NCBI GenBank assembly: GCA_963664815.2
Contig: CAXXHB010000002.1
Coordinates: 128,001 to 192,000 of the forward strand
Direction of reading: 5' to 3'
DNA length: 64,000 bases
Origin: Spirochaetota bacterium
GTDB lineage: Bacteria > Spirochaetota > UBA4802 > UBA5550
Below the pieces are notes generated by a model. It ran no database searches, was not told the origin of the DNA, and was given only the letters and a program-made list of their open reading frames with translations. A program made the position numbers and the translations under genes. Shown here one piece after another: positions 10,315-19,915 of the stretch (position 1 is the first letter of the stretch; every line of letters begins with the position of its first letter).

Positions 10315-11511
10315 ATGAAAAGCTTTTTAAAATATTTACCATTAATAGCTATACTCTCTCTGGTTTCATGCTTTGGCAGTGGAAACGACAGCGATGATAA
10401 TTCTTCTTATCAATACCATACACCTGAAGAAGTTAATTTATTTCTTGAACAGACAGAAACAAACTACCCTGGAATCGCTCATGTTGAAGATGTTGGCACA
10501 AGCGCAGCGGGACGTAAAATCAAAGCGCTTATTATCTCGGATAATCCGGAAACCCTTGAGGGGGAACCTGCCGTAAGGCTTACAGGGGGAATACATGGAG
10601 ACGAAATGATGGGAGTGGAACTGCTTCTGCGGTTTATTGAATACCTCACTTCAAATTATAATTCCAGCTCAACTGTAAAAAGTATAGTTGACAGCAGGTA
10701 CATCTGCATAATCCCGGTACTCAATCCGGATGGTCTTGCACGGAAAAACCGGACAAACTATAACGGTATTGATCTTAACAGAAACTTTAATGAAACCGGA
10801 AGTTCTCTTCAGCCGGAAACAAAAGCTCTTCAGGACTTTTCTTCATCAAAATCTTTCTGTATATCAATTACATATCATACAGGCGCCGTCCTTTTAAATA
10901 TGCCATTTGACTATGGCAGCGAAAAAATAGATGGTATTGCTCCTGTTGAAAATACTCTTGTTAAGGCCTATGCTCTTACATATACAAACGGTACCGGAAG
11001 CGTTTTTTTAACAAACCCTGATGTATTTATCCGCATCTACAACTCAATTTATGGAGATTATATTTATCTTGATAAAGGGACTATAAACGGCGGAGACTGG
11101 TACGTTATAACCGGTTCTCTTCAGGACTGGAGCTATACGGAGACCGGCTGTCTTGACTTTACAATTGAAGTCACAAAAAGCAATCCGTCTACTGAAGTGG
11201 GAGTTCAACAGGTGTTCATGTATAACAGGGATTCACTTATGGCATATATAAGCAAGTCCGGTGATGGAATTTACGGGAGGGTGACAGACGGGACAAACGG
11301 CATTGCAAATGTCGAGATTACTGCTTCATGGAGTAACGGCGGAACAATAACCGGAGATATTATAATAAAAACTGACAGCAAAGGTTATTACCACCGGATA
11401 TTTCTTCCCGGCACATATGATCTGACATTTACCAAAACCGGATATACTTCACAAACTCAAACAGGTATTTCTGTTACAGACAGCACTCTTCTGAATGTAA
11501 CAATGAACTGA
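10315..11511 (+). CDS. M14 zinc carboxypeptidase lipoprotein with C-terminal regulatory-like domain
   Basis: GGIHGDE (HxxE), NPDG, DLNRNF, QPET, third ligand in TYHTG, GSLQDWSY, catalytic E in TIEV. Lipobox LVSC after the likely start at ATG 10315. Confidence 0.9.
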   Translation: MKSFLKYLPLIAILSLVSCFGSGNDSDDNSSYQYHTPEEVNLFLEQTETNYPGIAHVEDVGTSAAGRKIKALIISDNPETLEGEPAVRLTGGIHGDEMMGVELLLRFIEYLTSNYNSSSTVKSIVDSRYICIIPVLNPDGLARKNRTNYNGIDLNRNFNETGSSLQPETKALQDFSSSKSFCISITYHTGAVLLNMPFDYGSEKIDGIAPVENTLVKAYALTYTNGTGSVFLTNPDVFIRIYNSIYGDYIYLDKGTINGGDWYVITGSLQDWSYTETGCLDFTIEVTKSNPSTEVGVQQVFMYNRDSLMAYISKSGDGIYGRVTDGTNGIANVEITASWSNGGTITGDIIIKTDSKGYYHRIFLPGTYDLTFTKTGYTSQTQTGISVTDSTLLNVTMN

Positions 11512-11548
11512 TTACAGAAGATTAAAATTTATCTCTTAAAATTTATTT

Positions 11549-12901
11549 CTAAATAAGATTTCTTCTTACAGCCTCAGAGCTAAGTTCATTACGGAAATCC
11601 GGATGTGCTACTGCTATAAGGTTCTTTACCCTCTGTCTCACTGACTGGCCCTTGATTTTCGCCACACCGTATTCTGTTATAACATAATCTGCACATGACC
11701 TCGGTGTTGTTACAATTCCTCCAGGAGTGATGTTTGGAACAATTTTGGATATTGCCTCTCCATTAGCCGATCTTGGCCTTGCAACTGCCTCCATTGCAAT
11801 GATTGATACCCCGCCAAAAGACTGAAATGCCCCATCGACAAAATCAAGCTGCCCTCCGGGATGAGTATACTGCTGCCACCCCATGGATTCAGAACATATC
11901 TGCCCGGTAAGATCAACCTGAAGGCATGCGTTTATTGAAACCAGACGATCATTTTTCCCGATGTTTGCAGGATTATTTACAAAATCAACAGGATGAAATT
12001 CCACCCCGGGATTATCATCAATCCAGTCGTAAAGCGCCCGTGTGCCCATTGCAAATGTAAATATTGAACGGTTATGCATAAAGGTTTTCCGTCTGTTTGT
12101 AACAATCCCGGCCTCCCAGAGTTCGCGCATTGTATCACATGCCATCTCGGAGTGAATGCCGAGATCCTTTACGTGAGTATCAAGAAAGGCCTTTGCAACG
12201 GCATTGGGAATACTTCCGATTCCAAGCTGAATAGTCGAACCATCCTTGACAAAATCTGCACAATATCTTCCTATCGTCATCTCTTCATTACTTATTTCTG
12301 CAGTTTCAGGTAATACTGCAAGGTCCTGCTCCTGTTCCACAACCGCATCAATCTCGGAGATGTGGATATAATTCCTGCCGCGACTGCGTGGAACCTGAGA
12401 ATTTACCTGTGCCAGTACCAGATATCGTTCATCACCCTCCCTTCGTTTATGTGCCGCGTTGAGTGCAATAGGGAGTGTCGCGTCAGCTCCAAGCCCAAGG
12501 CAGCAGTATCCGTGTTTATCCATGGGAGTAACCATCAGCATTGCAACATGCATCGGACGGTAGTTTTCATCAGTGTATATTTTCGGAAGCTCACAGAACC
12601 GGTTTGGTGTCATGGTAAAATCTCCGTTTACAACCTTGGCTCTGCATGAACTCGGATACCCGCAATCTATTTTAATGTTTGATTCACGATTCTGATTGTA
12701 CCATTTCAGTTTAGGATGTATATCAACTATATGATTGATAGTGATATCTTTAACATCCGGTTCCCTTTCAACCAGCGCGTTAACAAGAGACATCGGTACC
12801 GGTACTGCAATTCCGCACCATACTTCAGTTCCGTTCTTTATTTTTCTTACAGCCTCTCCGGCAGTCATCAATTTATTTTTATACATTTCCTTTATATTCA
12901 T
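11549..12901 (-). CDS. Acetyl-CoA hydrolase/transferase family CoA-transferase (4-hydroxybutyrate CoA-transferase-like)
   Basis: TIQLGIGSIP, LGIHSEM (catalytic Glu), GGQLDF, VITEYG and IAVAHPDFR motifs. Confidence 0.92.
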   Translation of the reverse strand: MNIKEMYKNKLMTAGEAVRKIKNGTEVWCGIAVPVPMSLVNALVEREPDVKDITINHIVDIHPKLKWYNQNRESNIKIDCGYPSSCRAKVVNGDFTMTPNRFCELPKIYTDENYRPMHVAMLMVTPMDKHGYCCLGLGADATLPIALNAAHKRREGDERYLVLAQVNSQVPRSRGRNYIHISEIDAVVEQEQDLAVLPETAEISNEEMTIGRYCADFVKDGSTIQLGIGSIPNAVAKAFLDTHVKDLGIHSEMACDTMRELWEAGIVTNRRKTFMHNRSIFTFAMGTRALYDWIDDNPGVEFHPVDFVNNPANIGKNDRLVSINACLQVDLTGQICSESMGWQQYTHPGGQLDFVDGAFQSFGGVSIIAMEAVARPRSANGEAISKIVPNITPGGIVTTPRSCADYVITEYGVAKIKGQSVRQRVKNLIAVAHPDFRNELSSEAVRRNLI

Positions 12902-13090
12902 AACATTTCCCCCTGAATTTGATATCTATATAATATAATAACATACTGTTACAGGATTGCATTTAATATCTTTTAGGTATTATATTCCTGATATTTATAA
13001 AAAATAAATGTTTAATATTTTCCAGATCCCTGTCAACGATATATTTTCCCTGAAAAAATCATCTTTCCCGGTTATCATTAAAAAAAATCT

Positions 13091-13105
13091 TGATAATTAT
13101 TATCT
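13091..13105. promoter_or_regulatory. Candidate Fur-family operator (7-1-7)
   Basis: TGATAAT-T-ATTATCT differs only at the last base from the Fur consensus TGATAATnATTATCA. It lies in the divergent region about 40 nt upstream of dinG. The AT-rich background lowers specificity. Confidence 0.35.
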
Positions 13106-13143
13106 GTTATTCCGGAATAAATTAATTAAAGAAATATATTAAT

Positions 13144-15108
13144 ATGAAAGATATTTTTTCGCCAGACGGCTACCTCGACATTGAACTCCCCGAATATGAA
13201 TACAGGGAAAGTCAGCTTGTAATGGCTGAATTCATTAATGACCGGTTATCTGAAGAGGAGAACGGGATAATAGAAGCGGGAACAGGAACAGGAAAGACCA
13301 TGGCTTATCTTATACCCGCGCTTAAATACGCACTGAGCCATGAAAAAAAAATAGCAGTCACCACCGAGACTAAGGCCCTTCAGAAACAGCTTACAGATAA
13401 AGACATTCCGGCAGTACAGAAAATATTCAGGGAATACCTGCATCTCGATTTTAAATATGCCCTTTGTCTTGGAAGCTCAAATTACCCGTGCCGCAGAAGG
13501 TTTGAACGTTTTCTGAAGAAAGGAAATTTTGAAAAAAGCGACATGGAACACTTTAACCGGTTAAGCAACCTCTTCAGGGAAAGACGGATATTTACCTTCT
13601 TTGATGCGGAGATGCCATCCAGCCTGTGGGAGGAGATCGGAAGGGATTCTGAAACCTGCGACCAGCAGCGATGCCCGATGGCAACAATATGCCCTTTCCA
13701 GGCGGCAAGGAGGGAGTGGGCGCAGGCCGACCTTCTTGTGATGAACCACTATCTTTTTTTCTCCAATATAGCCTCGGGAAAATCGTACCTTCCGGTTTCC
13801 GAAGCAGTAATTTTCGACGAAGCTCATTCCATTGAATCTATCGCATCCAGACAGCTTGGCTTCTCTATTGACCATGATTACCTGATAAATCTTCTTCAGC
13901 GGTTTTACATGAGAGGTAAATACGGTATTGTGAACAATTTTAAAAACACTAAGCTCCGGGAAGACGCAATACAGTCCGTAGAGCTCATTGCAAAGGAATC
14001 ACAGATTTTTTTTGAAAAAATGCGCAATCTTTTTCATGGGACTGAAACCGTACGCAGAATAATTACCACAACGAACGAAGGAAGAAAGCTCACAGAGCAA
14101 TTGAAACGACTTATCGGAATACTTGAAATGGCGGAGCAGGACTTTGAGGAGGAGGACTTACGAATTGAGTTTGACCCGTCACGCAACAGGCTTGTGGCAT
14201 ACTGCGATTCTCTTATGTCTTTTCTTAACCTCTCCTGCGAAAACTACGTCTACTGGATTGAACGGAGTGACAGGGAACTTCTCGGCAATATATCTCTTAC
14301 AGGCCGTCCGGTAAATATAGACGAAATTATGAGGCAGGAGGTTCTCTCCTATTACGAATCCTCTATCTTTGTCTCGGCCACACTTTCGGTTAAAAATGAT
14401 TTTTCCTTCTTCATGTCAACTATAGGATTTGAAAGAGGAAAAGGCGTTGTCCTTGATTCACCGTTCAATCACAGGGAACAGATGATTCTCTACCTTGCAG
14501 GAGATTTTCCTGCACCGGATGACGAAACATATCCCGCTGCAGTTGCCGATGCGTCTGCAGAGATCATTAATATTCTCAACGGCAACTGCCTCCTTCTGTT
14601 CACTTCATACAGTATGCTAAAAAACGTGAAAAAGATACTGGAGAGAAAAATTGATAATACCATTTACTCACAGGACGGAATGAGTCCATCTCGTGCCCTG
14701 AGCAATTATATCAGCGATGACGGGTCTGTTTTAATGGGGACTCACTCATTCTGGCAGGGGATAGATCTCCCTGGAGACCTGCTTCGCGGTGTTATAATTA
14801 CACGTCTCCCCTTTGCAGTTCCCGATACACCAATCATGGAAGCGAAGTTCGAGCGCCTCAGAGAAGCGGGAAAAAATCCTTTTATCTATCTCCAGATACC
14901 TGAAGCCGTTCTGAAAATGAAACAGGGAGCGGGACGCCTTATAAGAAGAGGGACAGACCGGGGAATTGTGGCCATACTGGATTCAAGGATAAAAACAAAA
15001 AGTTACGGGGCAATATTCTCCGACTCTCTCCCTGATTGTGAAAGAGCCGTCACTCTTAATGATCTCACTAAAAAGTATAAAAACCTAATGAAGATTAATG
15101 AAAACTGA
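13144..15108 (+). CDS. dinG: ATP-dependent DinG/YoaA-family helicase (Fe-S)
   Basis: Q motif YRESQ, Walker A EAGTGTGKT, Fe-S cysteines (NYPC...C....C....CPF), DEAH, SATL, FWQGIDLPG, QGAGRLIR. Confidence 0.93.
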   Translation: MKDIFSPDGYLDIELPEYEYRESQLVMAEFINDRLSEEENGIIEAGTGTGKTMAYLIPALKYALSHEKKIAVTTETKALQKQLTDKDIPAVQKIFREYLHLDFKYALCLGSSNYPCRRRFERFLKKGNFEKSDMEHFNRLSNLFRERRIFTFFDAEMPSSLWEEIGRDSETCDQQRCPMATICPFQAARREWAQADLLVMNHYLFFSNIASGKSYLPVSEAVIFDEAHSIESIASRQLGFSIDHDYLINLLQRFYMRGKYGIVNNFKNTKLREDAIQSVELIAKESQIFFEKMRNLFHGTETVRRIITTTNEGRKLTEQLKRLIGILEMAEQDFEEEDLRIEFDPSRNRLVAYCDSLMSFLNLSCENYVYWIERSDRELLGNISLTGRPVNIDEIMRQEVLSYYESSIFVSATLSVKNDFSFFMSTIGFERGKGVVLDSPFNHREQMILYLAGDFPAPDDETYPAAVADASAEIINILNGNCLLLFTSYSMLKNVKKILERKIDNTIYSQDGMSPSRALSNYISDDGSVLMGTHSFWQGIDLPGDLLRGVIITRLPFAVPDTPIMEAKFERLREAGKNPFIYLQIPEAVLKMKQGAGRLIRRGTDRGIVAILDSRIKTKSYGAIFSDSLPDCERAVTLNDLTKKYKNLMKINEN

Positions 15109-15111
15109 AAA

Positions 15112-16365
15112 TTACAAAGCCCTGAATCCTATATCTTTCCTGTAAAAAGACCCCTTAAACTGAATTTTGTCTATTTCACTATAAATATTCTGCCTCGCTT
15201 CATTTAAAGTGCTCCCTGTCGAGGTGACATTAAGAACCCTTCCTCCGTTGGTCAGAATCTTTCCATCTGTTTTAGCAGTCCCTGCATGAAACACAGTCAG
15301 TTTATCAGATACATCGTTGACTCCCGTTATAACCATCCCTTTATTATAGCTTCCGGGATATCCGCCAGCAGCCATAACCACAGTCATCGCATGAGCTTCC
15401 TTGAATTTCAGATTAAATCTGTCAAGATTGCCATCCACAGCCGAGTTAAGCAGATCGCCAAGTCTCACGTCAAGAAGCGGAAGTATAACCTGTGTTTCCG
15501 GATCTCCAAAACGTGCATTAAATTCAAGAACGGTTATTTTGTTTCCACTTATCATAACTCCCGCATACAATATTCCCCTGAAGGGAAAACCCTCTTTTCT
15601 CATGCCATCCACTACAGGCTGAAGAACTCTGTCTTTTATAAACTTCAGCCTTTCAGGAGTTACAACCGGAGCCGGAGCGTATGCACCCATCCCTCCGGTA
15701 TTAGGTCCCATATCTCCGTCAAATACTCTTTTATGATCCTGAGCAGCGACAAGCGGTATAACAGTCACTCCATCCGAAACGGAAAGGACTGAGGCCTCCT
15801 CCCCCTCGAGAAATTCTTCAACAAAAACCCTTGTATCTGACTTAACGTTTTCTTCAATAAATGAAACAGCTTCATTTATGTTCTGCGGTATACCTACGCC
15901 CTTCCCGGCAGCAAGGCCGTCCAGTTTAATCACGATCGGATAGTCTTCCCGTTGATCAATAAATTCCAGAAGTGTTTTCTTCCCTGTGAAATCCCAGTGA
16001 CCCGCAGTCGGTACGTTGTATGTTTCCATAATTCTTTTTGCAAAGAGTTTACTCCCTTCAATCATTGCCGCCTTTTTTGACGGGCCGAAGCAGCGAATCC
16101 CTTTTTCATCAAGATAATCCGCAAGCCCGTTAACAAGCGGTACCTCCGGTCCTATAATAACAAGACCTATTCCTTTTTCATTGCAAAATCTTCCAATTCC
16201 CTCAAAATCATCTGCCTGAATATCAACCCTGTATTTATCGTCAATACCGCCGTTACCCGGTGCGGCATATACTTCATTCGAACTTCCGTCACTCAGCAGT
16301 CTCCACACAATAGCATGTTCTCTTCCGCCGGCTCCAATAACAAGATATTTCATTTTTTTCTCCAT
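15112..16365 (-). CDS. purD: Phosphoribosylamine-glycine ligase
   Basis: GAGGREHA, GPEVPL, KLDGLAAGKGV, QDHKR, GPNTGGMGAY, EFNARFGDPE. Confidence 0.98.
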   Translation of the reverse strand: MEKKMKYLVIGAGGREHAIVWRLLSDGSSNEVYAAPGNGGIDDKYRVDIQADDFEGIGRFCNEKGIGLVIIGPEVPLVNGLADYLDEKGIRCFGPSKKAAMIEGSKLFAKRIMETYNVPTAGHWDFTGKKTLLEFIDQREDYPIVIKLDGLAAGKGVGIPQNINEAVSFIEENVKSDTRVFVEEFLEGEEASVLSVSDGVTVIPLVAAQDHKRVFDGDMGPNTGGMGAYAPAPVVTPERLKFIKDRVLQPVVDGMRKEGFPFRGILYAGVMISGNKITVLEFNARFGDPETQVILPLLDVRLGDLLNSAVDGNLDRFNLKFKEAHAMTVVMAAGGYPGSYNKGMVITGVNDVSDKLTVFHAGTAKTDGKILTNGGRVLNVTSTGSTLNEARQNIYSEIDKIQFKGSFYRKDIGFRAL

Positions 16366-17898
16366 TCAATCTGTAATATATTCTGCTATTTTCTTATAGT
16401 CAATTTTTTCAACAGTATCCAGAAATTGAACAATTTCCTTTGTAATTTCCTTCACACCACCTTTAATCTCCGACTCAATGTTCAGTGGAAGCACGGGGTC
16501 ATGGAGGGAAAGTCTGAGCAGAAACCATCCCTTCTGATTTTCGCTGCCACAGGAAACCCTCAATCCTTCATAACTGTTACGTGCTACAGACCATTCTTTA
16601 TTGTTATTCACAAAATCCTTAAAGGCATCAATAATTTTATTACCCTGTAATGCGAAGTTTTCTTCCAGAAGTTTAATTCTGAACTCCTCCTCTTCGACAG
16701 GTTGAATGAGATCACTGACAAATGCCAGGATGCTTTTCCCTTTTTCTGCTTTTAACCTTGCTGCCATAATTACAATCTTTGCCACAAGATACGCACCATC
16801 ATCAAGAAAATAATTCTCCATTAATGCCCCGTGCCCGGATGTCTCAATCGCAAGATGGCATTCCACCCCTTCTCTATTAAGACGTATAGCTTCATTTATA
16901 ACATTCTTATAACCGCGCTTGAACCTGTGATGTTTACCGCCAAGATTTTTCTCAATAAAAACCGTAAGACCGTCTGATGTGACAGAATCTGTTACTATTG
17001 CAGATCCCGGGTGTTCTTCCAGAACTATCGATGAAGCAAGAGCTATAAGCGTATTCCGGTTTATAATAATACCTGACCCGTCAACTATAGCCGCCCGGTC
17101 AACATCCGTATCAAATATTATCCCGAGATCAGAACCCGAGTTCAATACAGCCTCCCGGATTGATTTCATTGCTTCATTATTCTCAGGGTTAGGTTCATGA
17201 TTAGGAAACCTTCCATCCGGTTCAAGAAATATGCTTCCTGAGATATCCGCACCAAGGGGTTGAAGCACTTTAACAGCAAAAAAACCTCCGGCTCCATTAC
17301 CTGCATCGACAGCAATTTTCATTCCTTTCAACGGGTAATTATAATTATTTATACTATTAATTCCACCTTTTATTTTCTCGATAAATATCTCCGAATATTT
17401 ATCCATAAGATCAATTCCCGGAGATAAAATATTTTCATCATAAAACGGTTTTTCAGTTGAAGCAATGGAAAGTATCTTTCTAATATCTTCTTTCTCAAGA
17501 CCGCCGTCTGCTGTAAAAAACTTGAACCCGTTTCTGTTAAACGGCAGGTGACTTGCTGTAATCATAATCGCCCCGTCACATGCAAACTCATCAATAATTG
17601 TACTCATAAACATTGCCGGGGTTGATGCAAGACCGCAGTCAAATGCAGCACAACCACAGTTTATAATTCCGCTTATTATCCCCTTTTTCAGTCTTTCCCC
17701 GGTTATTCTCGAATCCATTCCAACTGATATTACAAGGTTTTCAGTTTCAGAATTTTTCCTTTCAGCAAGCCACTTCACAAATGATGAAGCTATCATTGAG
17801 GCTATCTCAGGAGAGAGGTTTACTTTTTCATCGCCTGATTCTATCGCAATACCGCGTATATCCGATCCGTTCTGAAGTTTATTCCAGTCAATCAACAC
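16366..17898 (-). CDS. Phosphomannomutase/phosphoglucomutase
   Basis: GSDIRG, phosphoserine loop ITASH, metal loop FDTDVDR, ETSGH. GTG start with GAGG SD. Confidence 0.93.
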   Translation of the reverse strand: MLIDWNKLQNGSDIRGIAIESGDEKVNLSPEIASMIASSFVKWLAERKNSETENLVISVGMDSRITGERLKKGIISGIINCGCAAFDCGLASTPAMFMSTIIDEFACDGAIMITASHLPFNRNGFKFFTADGGLEKEDIRKILSIASTEKPFYDENILSPGIDLMDKYSEIFIEKIKGGINSINNYNYPLKGMKIAVDAGNGAGGFFAVKVLQPLGADISGSIFLEPDGRFPNHEPNPENNEAMKSIREAVLNSGSDLGIIFDTDVDRAAIVDGSGIIINRNTLIALASSIVLEEHPGSAIVTDSVTSDGLTVFIEKNLGGKHHRFKRGYKNVINEAIRLNREGVECHLAIETSGHGALMENYFLDDGAYLVAKIVIMAARLKAEKGKSILAFVSDLIQPVEEEEFRIKLLEENFALQGNKIIDAFKDFVNNNKEWSVARNSYEGLRVSCGSENQKGWFLLRLSLHDPVLPLNIESEIKGGVKEITKEIVQFLDTVEKIDYKKIAEYITD

Positions 17899-18396
17899 GT
17901 ATGGTACCTCTATTCTTTATTTATTAAATCAAAATCTTACACCAGAAGCAGTGAGTAGAGCCGCTCCAGATACCCCCAAACATCGCACTGTTTGTACAGA
18001 GCTTTATTATAAAGTATGCCTTTCGTATGGGGATTCCCTTCAAACGCGAGACGAAATTTCACAAAAAAAGTTTAATAAATTTTTTGAGAAATACAACTAT
18101 TAATGTCTATGGATAATTAAATGGAATTATTAATTCTGTAAAGACAAAAACTTGAATCTGATATCTGCAGGCTTTACCGGTTATTTTAAAAAACACTCCA
18201 AAAATAAAATAATACAGTTATAATAATTGTTTTAAAAACTCAATTCCCGAATATTAGCTAACCAGAACTAAACACAAATACTCTTAGCCAATAAATCTGA
18301 GCGTTTTTTAATTCCGGCAAATTAATTTTACAAAAAATGTTCTTAAAATAGCTATATTAACTATAGAAATAATTAAATCCAAATATGGGGGCTCAT

Positions 18397-18861
18397 ATGG
18401 AACAGACACCACTAAAAACAGGAGATACAGCACCGGATTTTACATTAAAAAACCAGCATGGTGAAGAGATAAAATTAAGCGCTCTGCGCGGGAAAAAAGT
18501 TCTGGTTTCATTTCATCCTTTGGCGTGGACGCCTGTCTGCGAGATACAGATGAAATCACTTGAAATAAAATATGCCACTTTCAGTACACTTAACCTTGTG
18601 GCTCTGGGATTAAGTGTTGACAGCCAGCCCTGCAAGAAAGAATGGGGGGAATTTATTGGTATAGAAAAAACCGATCTTCTTGCCGATTTCTGGCCTCATG
18701 GAGACGTTGCTTCTAAATTCGGAGTATTTATCGATAAGGCCGGAATTTCAGGGCGTGCAAATTTTCTTATAGATGAAAATGGTAAAATAATTTTTGCCAG
18801 AGTTTATGAGAAATCAGAGATTCCCGACATCGAGGAGATAATAAGGTTCGTGCAGAAATAG
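18397..18861 (+). CDS. Peroxiredoxin (AhpE/BCP-like)
   Basis: GDTAPDFTL, peroxidatic motif PLAWTPVC (PxxxTxxC), LADFWPHG, RANFLID. Confidence 0.9.
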   Translation: MEQTPLKTGDTAPDFTLKNQHGEEIKLSALRGKKVLVSFHPLAWTPVCEIQMKSLEIKYATFSTLNLVALGLSVDSQPCKKEWGEFIGIEKTDLLADFWPHGDVASKFGVFIDKAGISGRANFLIDENGKIIFARVYEKSEIPDIEEIIRFVQK

Positions 18862-18998
18862 TTTAAGACAAAGAGAAAATGAACCGGGAAAAGATGTTCA
18901 AATTCATCATGAGTTATTTTTTTGGAGGGATGCTGTTTTTAACATATAAAATTTTTCAAAAATTCTGCTTGATCCATGTCATTTGCTTTTCCGGACTG

Positions 18999-19028
18999 GT
19001 TATATAGAGACATAAGTCTCTATATAAC
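18999..19028. repeat. Perfect 13-bp inverted repeat (candidate operator or hairpin)
   Basis: GTTATATAGAGAC-ataa-GTCTCTATATAAC, ending 35 nt before ATG 19064. Confidence 0.85.
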
Positions 19029-19063
19029 AATAAAAAATTATAATAAATACGGAGAGTAAATGT

Positions 19064-19579
19064 ATGGCAAAAGTAAAGCTTCATCCCTATTTAAGAACTG
19101 CACATGGAGGCCTGGAAGGTCTTGTGCTTTACAGACGATATGGAAAGATCTACATTAAAAGGCGTACAATTCCTGCTAATCCCCGAACAGAACCGCAGGT
19201 AAAATGCAGAGGTAATTTCGGCGACAGCGTTAAGGCATGGCAGAACCTTCCGGAAGAGGAGAAGACACTTTACAGAAACAGGGCAAAGAGAAAGAAAAAA
19301 GCAGGGTACAATCTCTTTATGTCTGAATATCTTCGTGGCATTGTACCCGGTTCCCCGGTATCTCCATCTGGAAGCAGTGTAACACCCTGTGAAGATACTT
19401 ATTATACAATCTCATGTTCTGAAAACAGCAAAACAGAAAATAGAAAGAATGATACAAATGCAGTAAAAGAGAGAGGCTCATCTGCCGAAACGGTGTCTCA
19501 GAAGTATGAAGACCCTGTTAAAAACCGTTTCAATACCGTTTCAACTCCGTTACCGAAAGATAAAAACGCTGGTTTTTAG
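19064..19579 (+). CDS. Hypothetical basic protein with HMG-box-like/DUF6266-like N-terminal domain and low-complexity tail
   Basis: GGAG SD. Residues 1-90 are highly basic and contain PANPRTEPQ..R..F, AWQNLPEEEKTLYRNRA and GYNLFMSEY. The remainder is Ser/Pro/Thr/Lys-rich and likely disordered. Confidence 0.75.
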   Translation: MAKVKLHPYLRTAHGGLEGLVLYRRYGKIYIKRRTIPANPRTEPQVKCRGNFGDSVKAWQNLPEEEKTLYRNRAKRKKKAGYNLFMSEYLRGIVPGSPVSPSGSSVTPCEDTYYTISCSENSKTENRKNDTNAVKERGSSAETVSQKYEDPVKNRFNTVSTPLPKDKNAGF

Positions 19580-19632
19580 CTGTCAGCAGCGTGTTTGAGG
19601 CGGAATTGAAGTGAAATTAAAGCGAAATTGAC
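19523..19632. repeat. Two oppositely oriented arrays of degenerate 11-bp tandem repeats
   Basis: Array 1 (19523-19555): AACCGTTTCAA/TACCGTTTCAA/CTCCGTTACCG. Array 2 (19589-19632): GCGTGTTTGAG/GCGGAATTGAA/GTGAAATTAAA/GCGAAATTGAC. The reverse complement of GCGGAATTGAA (TTCAATTCCGC) resembles TTCAATACCGT and TTCAACTCCGT. Confidence 0.55.
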
Positions 19633-19915
19633 TTTTCTCTAAAGAGAGTCTGACTTTTATCATAAATCTGCCGTGTTATTGATCATAAACCTGTTGATGC
19701 ATAGCGTTGAGTACGCTGGTGTACGATACCTCTATCCGCAGAAAATCCCGGTAATCCTTAAATACTGTAATCGTGTTCAGAATTATACATATAGCAGGTT
19801 TAAGTACGGAACCGGTTTCTTCGTTGCGATTTCCTCAATTTAAAATGCGGATTGTTTTTTTACAGAAAGGGCGTATCATTACTTTTATCTCTGCCTCCGA
19901 AAAAGAGGGTGTAAA

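Noticed and set aside
19523-19632. Possible CRISPR array
   Set aside because: The repeats are 11 bp, degenerate and without spacers, and there are no cas genes.
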